IMG/VR virus record: IMGVR_UViG_3300017643_000041
Length of the DNA stretch: 64,000 bases
Source: an uncultured virus (IMG/VR IMGVR_UViG_3300017643_000041)
Lineage: Duplodnaviria; Heunggongvirae; Uroviricota; Caudoviricetes
Direction: 5' to 3' (one strand)
Shown: positions 17,948 to 26,078 of the stretch, in pieces
Layout: the number at the start of each line of letters is the position of its first letter
Position numbering within the stretch: the first letter of the stretch is position 1
The notes under the pieces: model-generated
Databases searched by the model: none
Told to the model about the DNA's origin: nothing
The model's input: only the letters and a program-made list of their open reading frames with translations
Position numbers and translations under genes: made by a program

Positions 17948-18035
17948 ACAAAAAATGAACAGTAGCCGCAAGGCTCTGTTCGTCGTACAGTCGCTGAAAG
18001 GCGACTATTTTTATTGCCGAGAATAGGAGGTAACG

Positions 18036-19640
18036 GTGCTGCGTAAGTTAAAAAGATATAAGGCCACAAAGTTTAAGGCCAAGGACTCTAAATACAGCAA
18101 GGCAGCAGCAGATTATGCCGTTAACTTCATAGAATGTTTGTGTCACACTAAAGGCACCTGGGCAGGTAAGCCTTTTGAACTTATAGATTGGCAGGAACAG
18201 ATTATTCGTGATATCTTTGGCACCCTAAAGCCCAACGGGTATAGGCAATTCAATACTGCCTATATAGAGATACCAAAGAAACAAGGCAAATCTGAACTTG
18301 CCGCTGCAGTAGCTTTGCTTTTATGCTGTGGTGACAATGAAGAAAGAGCAGAAGTGTATGGTTGTGCAGCTGACCGCCAGCAGGCATCCATAGTTTTTGA
18401 GGTGGCTGCCGATATGGTGCGTATGTGTCCTGCACTAAATAAAAGAATAAAGATACTGGCTTCTCAAAAGAGAATGATTTTTCAGCCTACTAATAGCTTT
18501 TACCAGGTACTATCGGCAGAAGCGTATTCCAAACATGGCTTTAATATACATGGCGTGGTGTTTGACGAGCTGCATACCCAGCCTAACAGGAAACTCTTTG
18601 ATGTAATGACCAAAGGCTCCGGTGATGCCAGGATGCAGCCTTTGTATTTTCTTATTACCACTGCCGGAACGGATACCAATTCCATCTGCTTTGAAACACA
18701 CCAGAAGGCCAAGGATATCCTGGAAGGCAGAAAGCACGATAGCACGTTTTATCCGGTAATTTACGGAGCTGAGGAAACTGATGACTGGACTGATCCCAAA
18801 GTTTGGAAAAGAGTGAACCCGTCCTTAGGTATTACTGTTGGCATAGACAAGGTCAAAACAGCCTGTGAGTCTGCTAGGCAGAATCCGGCAGAAGAGAACT
18901 CTTTCAGGCAGCTTAGACTTAACCAGTGGGTGAAGCAATCCATTAGGTGGATGCCTATGGATAAATGGGATGCCTGCGGTTTTAAGGTTTCTGAAGAGCA
19001 ACTAGAAGGCAGAGTATGTTATGGCGGCTTGGACTTATCTAGTACTACAGATATAACAGCTTTTGTCTTGGTATTTCCACCTTTAGATGAGGATGATAAG
19101 TATTGTGTTTTGCCTTATTTCTGGATACCGGAAGAGAGTATGGACCTAAGGGTAATGCGGGACCATGTTCCTTATGATGTTTGGCAGAAGCAAGGTTTCT
19201 TAGAAACAACGGAAGGAAACGTGGTCCATTATGGGTACATCGAAAAGTTTATAGAGCAGCTTGGCACTAAATTTAATATCCGGGAGATAGCCTTTGACCG
19301 GTGGGGCGCTGTACAGATGGTACAAAACTTGGAAGGCATGGGTTTTACGGTGGTGCCTTTTGGCCAGGGCTTTAAGGACATGTCTCCACCTACCAAAGAA
19401 CTGATGAAGCTTACCTTGGAGCAGAGGATTGCTCATGGTGGCCATCCGGTCCTCAGGTGGATGATGGATAACATCTTCATTCGTACCGATCCTGCCGGCA
19501 ACATTAAGGCCGACAAAGAAAAATCCACAGAGAAGATTGATGGTGCAGTAGCCACTATTATGGCTCTTGACCGTGCAATTCGCTGTGGAAACGATAATGG
19601 CGCATCCGTTTATGATGAGCGGGGTATTTTGTTTATATAG
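18036..19640 (+). CDS. terL: Terminase large subunit
   Basis: PKKQGKSE Walker A, VFDELH Walker B, GLDLSSTTD and KIDG nuclease motifs. Confidence 0.96.
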   Translation: MLRKLKRYKATKFKAKDSKYSKAAADYAVNFIECLCHTKGTWAGKPFELIDWQEQIIRDIFGTLKPNGYRQFNTAYIEIPKKQGKSELAAAVALLLCCGDNEERAEVYGCAADRQQASIVFEVAADMVRMCPALNKRIKILASQKRMIFQPTNSFYQVLSAEAYSKHGFNIHGVVFDELHTQPNRKLFDVMTKGSGDARMQPLYFLITTAGTDTNSICFETHQKAKDILEGRKHDSTFYPVIYGAEETDDWTDPKVWKRVNPSLGITVGIDKVKTACESARQNPAEENSFRQLRLNQWVKQSIRWMPMDKWDACGFKVSEEQLEGRVCYGGLDLSSTTDITAFVLVFPPLDEDDKYCVLPYFWIPEESMDLRVMRDHVPYDVWQKQGFLETTEGNVVHYGYIEKFIEQLGTKFNIREIAFDRWGAVQMVQNLEGMGFTVVPFGQGFKDMSPPTKELMKLTLEQRIAHGGHPVLRWMMDNIFIRTDPAGNIKADKEKSTEKIDGAVATIMALDRAIRCGNDNGASVYDERGILFI

Positions 19641-19746
19641 AGACAATATTACGATAAATGCAGCTCAGGCATTACTGAACCTTGTCTTTCAAGATTAAAG
19701 GAACAACATAAAAGTTGTTCGAACAATTTTGTAGCATTTAATCTCA

Positions 19747-20340
19747 TTACAATAATACCTCCAAATATCTTCTTAAAATTTTATCTACGTGTAATTCCTT
19801 GGCATAGCGCATGAGTAAAGGAATATTTTTAGATTTTGACTTTGTGTATGTTTTAAGTGCAGCTTGCAAATCTTGAATTTCAATGTTCTTTCTGCTGCGT
19901 AATATATCACAAATTGTGCGTTCGGCATTGTAGCATTTAAGTTTATGACCATTAGGAGATTGAACTTCAGTTAATCCTAGTTCGAACAGTTCTTTTTTGA
20001 TGGAATAAACTTTAACACCAAGAGCTGAAAGGGAAGAGTAGTTATAACTAGTTTTTACGGTGGCGGTATATTGCAAAGGCTCTCGTTCAGCTAAGTCCAA
20101 TAGGTATAAAGCTGTTTCATGGGAGTAAATAATGCCATTAAAACGTAATTGCATAATATATAAGTCATCTGGCCAGGCACCTTTTGCTACATAGATACCT
20201 TTAGCGACTCTTTCCAACGAGTTGTTTCTTACATAGTCAGCTAAATAAGTTTTAGAAATACCGTGCTTGATAACATTATCTGTGCATAGAATACCGTTGT
20301 TGTCTTTTTGGAGTTTTAAGAGCAGTTTAGTTTTAAGCAT
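19747..20340 (-). CDS. abiEi: AbiEi-family type IV antitoxin / transcriptional regulator
   Basis: LERVAKGIY, IYSHETALYL, YNAERTICD, RYLEVLL; start ATG 20340 after AAGGTGAG. Confidence 0.85.
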   Translation of the reverse strand: MLKTKLLLKLQKDNNGILCTDNVIKHGISKTYLADYVRNNSLERVAKGIYVAKGAWPDDLYIMQLRFNGIIYSHETALYLLDLAEREPLQYTATVKTSYNYSSLSALGVKVYSIKKELFELGLTEVQSPNGHKLKCYNAERTICDILRSRKNIEIQDLQAALKTYTKSKSKNIPLLMRYAKELHVDKILRRYLEVLL

Positions 20341-20350
20341 TATTCTCACC

Positions 20351-20394
20351 TTACTTTCGCGCTTAAATTATAATTCGTTTAAGCGTAAAAGTAA
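20351..20394. promoter_or_regulatory. Inverted repeat upstream of abiEi (probable autorepression operator)
   Basis: TTACTTTCGCGCTTAAA / TTTAAGCGTAAAAGTAA, 15 of 17 complementary. Confidence 0.6.
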
Positions 20395-20412
20395 AGTAAA
20401 GAATTTTAGGAG

Positions 20413-21765
20413 GTGATCCAGATTTTAGAAGTTTTTAGTAAGATTTTGAGGTCAAGGGATAAGCCTGTAACCAACTCTACAGTAGGAAGTGCCTTTAGTT
20501 TTTTCTTAGGCAGCAGTACTTCCGGTAAAAGGGTTACAGAACGCAGCTCCATGCAGATGACGGCTGTTTACTCCTGCGTGAGAATACTGGCGGAAGCGGT
20601 AGCTGGGCTACCCTTACATTTATATAAGTACAATGATAGCGGTGGCAAGGAAAAAGCAATCCTCCATCCGCTATATTTTTTGCTCCATGATGAACCAAAT
20701 GTGGAAATGACCTCCTTTGTATTTAGGGAAACGCTCATGACGCACTTGCTTCTTTGGGGTAATGCTTATGCCCAGATCATACGTAATGGCAAGGGCGAGG
20801 TTACAGCCTTATATCCCTTGATGCCCAATAAAATGACGGTGGACAGGGATGAGAACGGAAATCTGTACTATGAATACTATCGAAGTTCAGATGAAGCACC
20901 TACTCTAAAAGGCTCAACGGTCATCCTAAGACCTTCAGATGTTCTCCATATTCCTGGCCTTGGCTTTGATGGCCTGGTAGGTTATAGCCCAATTGCCATG
21001 GCCAAGAATGCCATTGGTATGGCCATAGCCTGTGAAGAGTATGGAGCTACCTTTTTTGCCAACGGTGCTACTCCGGGTGGTATTTTGGAACATCCCGGTG
21101 TAGTGAAAGATCCAGCCAAGGTAAGGGAAAGCTGGAACAGTGCTTTCGCAGGCAGTGCCAATGCTAATAAGGTAGCTGTTTTGGAGGAAGGCATGAAGTA
21201 CACGCCAATTTCTATTTCTCCGGAGCAGGCACAGTTTTTGGAAACAAGAAAATTTCAGATAGATGAAATAGCTCGAATTTTTCGTGTCCCACCTCATATG
21301 GTTGGTGACCTGGAAAAGTCGAGCTTTTCTAATATAGAGCAACAATCTCTGGAGTTCGTGAAATACACTTTGGAACCTTGGCTGATCCGTTGGGAGCAGT
21401 CCTTGGTAAGGGCGCTTCTTACTAAAGAAGATAAGACCAAGTATTTTGTGAAGTTTAATGTGGATGGCCTCTTGCGTGGCGATTACCAAAGCAGGATGAC
21501 CGGCTATGCCACGGCAAGACAAAACGGTTGGATGAGTGCCAATGACATTCGTGAGTTGGAAAACTTGGACCGTATCTCCTCGGAAGAAGGTGGAGATTTA
21601 TACCTTATTAACGGCAACATGACCAAACTTGCCGATGCGGGAATATTTGCAGCGAATGCGGGAAAGGAGAAAACAAGTAGTGAAGAAGTTTTGGAAGTGG
21701 AAAAACAAGACGGTAGTAAATCAGGAAACAAAGGAAACGACCGAAGAAAGAACACTGTTCCTTAA
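20413..21765 (+). CDS. HK97-family portal protein
   Basis: AVYSCVRILAE, GNAY, GYSPI, IARIFRVPP, NDIRELENL. Confidence 0.95.
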   Translation: MIQILEVFSKILRSRDKPVTNSTVGSAFSFFLGSSTSGKRVTERSSMQMTAVYSCVRILAEAVAGLPLHLYKYNDSGGKEKAILHPLYFLLHDEPNVEMTSFVFRETLMTHLLLWGNAYAQIIRNGKGEVTALYPLMPNKMTVDRDENGNLYYEYYRSSDEAPTLKGSTVILRPSDVLHIPGLGFDGLVGYSPIAMAKNAIGMAIACEEYGATFFANGATPGGILEHPGVVKDPAKVRESWNSAFAGSANANKVAVLEEGMKYTPISISPEQAQFLETRKFQIDEIARIFRVPPHMVGDLEKSSFSNIEQQSLEFVKYTLEPWLIRWEQSLVRALLTKEDKTKYFVKFNVDGLLRGDYQSRMTGYATARQNGWMSANDIRELENLDRISSEEGGDLYLINGNMTKLADAGIFAANAGKEKTSSEEVLEVEKQDGSKSGNKGNDRRKNTVP

Positions 21766-22423
21766 TGGCATGATTGCCGAAGAAAGCTGGTTTGACGATG
21801 ATGTCACACCAAAGATTTTTAAGGAGGAACTGATGGCTGGCGACGGTGACATCGTGGTTTGGATTAACAGTCCTGGCGGTGATTGTGTAGCAGCAGCTCA
21901 GATTTATACCATGCTGATGGACTACAAAGGCAAAGTTACCGTGAAGATTGACGGCATGGCTGCCAGTGCAGCTTCTGTTATTGCTATGGCAGGCGAAAAG
22001 GTGCTCATGAGTCCGGTGTCTATGATGATGATTCACAATCCGGCTACGGTAGCTTTTGGAGATAAGGGCGAGTTTCAAAAGGCCATAGATATGCTTTCCG
22101 AAGTAAAGGAATCCATTATCAACGCCTATGAAATCAAAAGCTCTCAGTCCAGGGCGAAGATTAGCCACCTCATGGATGCAGAAACCTGGATGAATGCCAA
22201 TAAGGCTGTAGAACTTGGCTTTGCAGACGGCATCTTGCAAAGAAAGACAGAAGATGAAGATTTGGAAGAACCGCATGTATCTATGATGTGTTCCAAAATG
22301 GCGGTAACAAACTCTTTAAGAGATAAGCTTGCTGCCAGATGCCATATTGAGAAACCAGTAGTACCTGAACGTTCAATTGATGAATGTTTGGCTGAGTTAA
22401 ATAAATTAAAAATAAAATTATAG
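21680..22423 (+). CDS. ClpP-like head maturation protease
   Basis: INSPGG, AASAAS, MIHNP, ETWM; GTG start 21680 after AAGGAG. Confidence 0.92.
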   Translation: MKKFWKWKNKTVVNQETKETTEERTLFLNGMIAEESWFDDDVTPKIFKEELMAGDGDIVVWINSPGGDCVAAAQIYTMLMDYKGKVTVKIDGMAASAASVIAMAGEKVLMSPVSMMMIHNPATVAFGDKGEFQKAIDMLSEVKESIINAYEIKSSQSRAKISHLMDAETWMNANKAVELGFADGILQRKTEDEDLEEPHVSMMCSKMAVTNSLRDKLAARCHIEKPVVPERSIDECLAELNKLKIKL

Positions 22424-22436
22424 GAGGAGTGTAAGA

Positions 22437-23618
22437 ATGACTATTAACGAATTAAGAGAAAAGAGAGCGAAGGTTTGGGAAGATACCAAAGCCTTCCTGG
22501 AAAGCCATCGTACTGAAAAAGGTACCATTTCTGCAGAAGATGAAGTTACCTACAATCGTATGATGAAGGATATTGATGACTTGGGTAAGGAAATTACTAG
22601 ATTGGAAAAGCAGGAAGCCTTTGATAAAGAACTGTCTAAGGTTATTGGTGCTCCGCTTACCAATCGTCCCGGTGCTGCCGGCATTATGGATGAAGACGAG
22701 AAGCTGAAACCTGCTCGTGCCAGAAAAGGTTATGCCCAGGACTTACTGAAGGCTATGCGTTCCAACTTCAAACAGGTATCTAATCTGTTGCAAGAAGGCG
22801 TTGATGCCGATGGCGGGTATCTGGTACCTGAGGAATATGATGAGAAACTTGTAACAGCGCTAGAGCAAGATAATATTATGCGTACTTTAGCACGTAAAAT
22901 TGCTACTTCTGCTGAACGCAAGATTAACATCGCAGCTACTAAGCCGGCTGCAGCTTGGATTGAAGAAGGTGGCGCTTTAGTGTTTAGTGATGCTACCTTT
23001 GGACAGACCTTACTGGATGCTCACAAGCTCCATGTAGCTATTAAGATTACCGAGGAACTATTATATGATAATGTTTTTGACTTAGAGAACTATATCATTA
23101 CTGAGTCCGGTAAAGCTATTGCAAACGCAGAAGAGGACGCTTTCTTAAATGGTGATGGTAAAGGAAAACCACTAGGTGTCTTTGCTGAAACAGGTGGTGG
23201 TACCGTAGCTAATACTTTGACTGCGGCCATTAAGTCTGATGATGTTTTAGATCTAATTTATGCCTTAAGGAGACCATACCGTAGAACTGCCAAGTTCATC
23301 TTAAACGACCAGACCTTGTTGTCTTTGCGTAAGTTAAAGGATAACAATGGTGCATATATGTGGCAGCCATCCTACCAGGCAGGTGAGCCGGATAAGATTT
23401 TAGGGTATGAAGTTTATACTTCTACCTATGCACCTAAGACTGCGATTTCTTTTGGTGACTATAGCTACTACACTATTGGTGATCGCGGTGTTAGATCTAT
23501 ACAGGAACTGCGTGAGCTATTTGCAGGTAACGGCATGATTGGTTATGTAGTTAAGGAACGTGTGGATGGCAAGCTTATTCTGCCGGAAGCAGTGCAGATT
23601 CTTAAACTGCAAGCCTAG
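22437..23618 (+). CDS. HK97-fold major capsid protein
   Basis: N-terminal coiled-coil delta domain, GGYLVP, FLNGDG, ERVDGK. Confidence 0.93.
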   Translation: MTINELREKRAKVWEDTKAFLESHRTEKGTISAEDEVTYNRMMKDIDDLGKEITRLEKQEAFDKELSKVIGAPLTNRPGAAGIMDEDEKLKPARARKGYAQDLLKAMRSNFKQVSNLLQEGVDADGGYLVPEEYDEKLVTALEQDNIMRTLARKIATSAERKINIAATKPAAAWIEEGGALVFSDATFGQTLLDAHKLHVAIKITEELLYDNVFDLENYIITESGKAIANAEEDAFLNGDGKGKPLGVFAETGGGTVANTLTAAIKSDDVLDLIYALRRPYRRTAKFILNDQTLLSLRKLKDNNGAYMWQPSYQAGEPDKILGYEVYTSTYAPKTAISFGDYSYYTIGDRGVRSIQELRELFAGNGMIGYVVKERVDGKLILPEAVQILKLQA

Positions 23619-23628
23619 GAGGGACTAG

Positions 23629-23901
23629 ATGAGTGACAAGCTGGTAACGGTAGAAGAGGCCAAGGCATATTTAAGAATAGACGGGGATGAGGAAGATAAC
23701 CTCATCTCCTCTCTTATTATCCTGGCCCAGGACTGCTGTGAAGATATCCTCCGGTATGAACTTACCGAAGAATTAATGGAACCTCCCATTAAGCAGGCTA
23801 TTCTGATCCTTGTCACTCACTTCTATGAAGAACGTAGTGGTGAGGATGTGCCAGAAGTGGTCTACACCTTGCTAAGACCTTACAGAAAGGCAGAGTGGTA
23901 G
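23629..23901 (+). CDS. Head-tail connector (gp6-like)
   Basis: AKAYLRID.DEED, HFYEER, LLRPYR. Confidence 0.88.
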   Translation: MSDKLVTVEEAKAYLRIDGDEEDNLISSLIILAQDCCEDILRYELTEELMEPPIKQAILILVTHFYEERSGEDVPEVVYTLLRPYRKAEW

Positions 23902-23902
23902 G

Positions 23903-24232
23903 ATGAATCCCGGACAGTTAAACAGCAGGGTAACCCTTAAGCACCTAGCTAAAACAGAGGATGAAGCAGGAGGTTATGCTGAAAACTATGTGGAGTATGC
24001 CAAGGTGTGGGCCAAGCTGGTAAATAAGACGGTAAGCAAGGAACTGGATGCTGAAGAAGTTATGACCATTTCTGATTATGAAATAACCATGAGGTACCGG
24101 AGGGACGTGCTTTTTACCGATAGATTATATATCGGTACTAGGGAGTTTGAGCAGATAGCGCCTGCGGTTAATATCATGGAGAAAAATAGCTACTTGAAGC
24201 TTATTGCAAGGGAGGTGCCACAGGATGCCTAA
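23903..24232 (+). CDS. Head closure protein
   Basis: PGQLNSRV, DEAGG, VWAK, ITMRYR; position. Confidence 0.8.
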   Translation: MNPGQLNSRVTLKHLAKTEDEAGGYAENYVEYAKVWAKLVNKTVSKELDAEEVMTISDYEITMRYRRDVLFTDRLYIGTREFEQIAPAVNIMEKNSYLKLIAREVPQDA

Positions 24233-24593
24233 TACTACGCTTACCGTAGAAGGCCTTACTAAAACTTTAGGAAGAATAAAGACGGTACGCTTGGCCATGA
24301 GTGATGTCCTAGACAAAAGTACCAAGGAAGGTGCCAGAAAGATTCAGAAGGCGGCTAAGAAAAAGGCACCTAAGGATACCGGCAGATTAAGAAAAAGTAT
24401 CAAGGTTAAAAAAATGAAAAAAGGCGGTGTAGGTTACTTCGTTAAACCCTATTCCTACATTGCCCATTTTCATGAGTATGGTACTAAGAAGGGCATAAAG
24501 GCCAAGCACTTCATGAAGGAAAGCCGGGAAGAAGTGCTGCCGGAAGTACAAGAAGATATCATGAAGAAAATAGGGGAGGTGGTGGATAAGTAA
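24225..24593 (+). CDS. HK97 gp10-family neck protein
   Basis: APKDTGRLRKSI, HFHEYGT. Confidence 0.85.
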   Translation: MPNTTLTVEGLTKTLGRIKTVRLAMSDVLDKSTKEGARKIQKAAKKKAPKDTGRLRKSIKVKKMKKGGVGYFVKPYSYIAHFHEYGTKKGIKAKHFMKESREEVLPEVQEDIMKKIGEVVDK

Positions 24594-24976
24594 TGCTGCT
24601 GGAAGTTAATAAGGCTATTTTTGATAAACTTGTAGCTTGCTCCGGCTGCCAGGTTTTTGACAGCGTACCGGAGAACAAGAAAAAACCCTATGTTGTGTTG
24701 GCTGAAGTAGAAAGCACTCCCTGGGACTCCAAGACCACCAAAGGTTTTGAAGTATCAGCGGGAGTGCTTATTTATTCTGACTATAAGGGTGATAAGGAAA
24801 TAAACAACATTACGGAGAGAATCCGTGCTGCCTTCACCGATACTGACTACGACTTAGGACCTAGCCTGAAAGTCATCACTCAGTCTTTAGACCTAGTAAA
24901 AGTAGAACGTGTAGAGGAATATAGGCAGGGAACGGTTAATTTAAAACTCAAGATATATAAGGAGGAGAAAATATGA
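24593..24976 (+). CDS. Tail terminator (DUF3168-like)
   Basis: VFDSVPE...PYVV; position before tail tube. Confidence 0.75.
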   Translation: MLLEVNKAIFDKLVACSGCQVFDSVPENKKKPYVVLAEVESTPWDSKTTKGFEVSAGVLIYSDYKGDKEINNITERIRAAFTDTDYDLGPSLKVITQSLDLVKVERVEEYRQGTVNLKLKIYKEEKI

Positions 24977-25404
24977 GTACACCAGTAGATGGCGTAGATT
25001 TTTTGATTTCGGTAAATACCGGTACTGACGAAGCACCTAAATATGAAGTTTTAGGTGGCCAACGCAGTGCTACTTTTAAAAGGCAGGCCGATGAGATTGA
25101 TGCCAGTTCTAAGACCAGTGAAGGCTGGAAGGATACTATTCCGGGCCTTAGAAGTTGGGGTATTGATGCAGATGCTTTGGTTCTGTCCGGTGATGCAGCT
25201 TATGCAAAACTAGACGAATGCTATATGAACAGAAAGCCTGTGGACGTAAAGTATGCCAGACAGGATGGTTCTTTCTGGACAGGTAAGGCTACTATTACAG
25301 ATTTAAGTGAATCCAGCCCGCATAATGATGTGGCAACTTATACACTGACCTTATCTGGTATTGGTAAACCGGTAAGAACTGAAGCAACAACGGTAGGAGG
25401 CTAA
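24973..25404 (+). CDS. Major tail tube protein (TP901-1 type)
   Basis: GGQRSAT, IDASSK..GW...IPGLRSW, ATYTLTLSGIG. Confidence 0.88.
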   Translation: MSTPVDGVDFLISVNTGTDEAPKYEVLGGQRSATFKRQADEIDASSKTSEGWKDTIPGLRSWGIDADALVLSGDAAYAKLDECYMNRKPVDVKYARQDGSFWTGKATITDLSESSPHNDVATYTLTLSGIGKPVRTEATTVGG

Positions 25405-25407
25405 TAG

Positions 25408-25770
25408 ATGATATACATCAATTTGGATGGGAAAGAACGTTCTCTGCGTTATGACATTAATGCCGTAACAGCAGTAGAGGAAGTGTTTGGTGGTAAGAGC
25501 CTGATTGCCATGCTGGCCAATCCAGCCTATTTTGGCTTTTCTTTAATTAGGGCCTTACTTTGGGGCGGGTTAAAGCATAAGGAAAAAGGCCTTACTTTAG
25601 ATAGAACCGGCATACTTTTACAGGAGTTTCTGCAAAAGGGTGGTACTTTGGGAGACGTTTCTAGCAAAATAAATGAGGCTTTGGTAGAAGCCGGTATCTT
25701 AAGGCAAGTAGAAGAGGAGCCTGATGAAGATACGGGGGAAAAGGAACAAGTTCCTGCACAGAATTTGTAG
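25408..25770 (+). CDS. Tail assembly chaperone
   Basis: Between tail tube and tape measure; GGGGGAAAAG slippery-like site at 25734-25743. Confidence 0.75.
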   Translation: MIYINLDGKERSLRYDINAVTAVEEVFGGKSLIAMLANPAYFGFSLIRALLWGGLKHKEKGLTLDRTGILLQEFLQKGGTLGDVSSKINEALVEAGILRQVEEEPDEDTGEKEQVPAQNL

Positions 25771-26078
25771 GTTCAATTCTTAAACTAGCAATAGCAGAAC
25801 TTAACCTGAAACCGTGGGAGCTTGGCAAGCTTACTGTCCGGGAATTTAAAGAAGCATTGGAGTACAAACGTAGCATTGGCAAGGCAGAGTTTATTCGCGA
25901 TGCCGAGCTTGCTACAATTATTATTAACGCCTGTGGCTGTAATCTTAAGAAAAGTATAGTCGTACAGGATATTTTGGGCTTCGATCCATACAAGAAACCG
26001 GAAGTAGTAAAGAGTAAGGAAGAACAGGAAGATGAATTACATTACCTTAAAAATAAGATGGGAGGTGAAGGTAAATGA
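25737..26078 (+). CDS. -1 frame extension of the tail chaperone (gpGT-like)
   Basis: Open -1 frame from 25737 reading ...LKPWELGKLTVREF..., in frame with ORF 25857-26078. Confidence 0.6.
   Translation, partial: GKGTSSCTEFVGSILKLAIAELNLKPWELGKLTVREFKEALEYKRSIGKAEFIRDAELATIIINACGCNLKKSIVVQDILGFDPYKKPEVVKSKEEQEDELHYLKNKMGGEGK

Noticed and set aside
20935..22276. Long antisense ORFs over the portal and protease genes (and similar shadows elsewhere)
   Set aside because: Opposite well-supported genes, with no recognisable motifs
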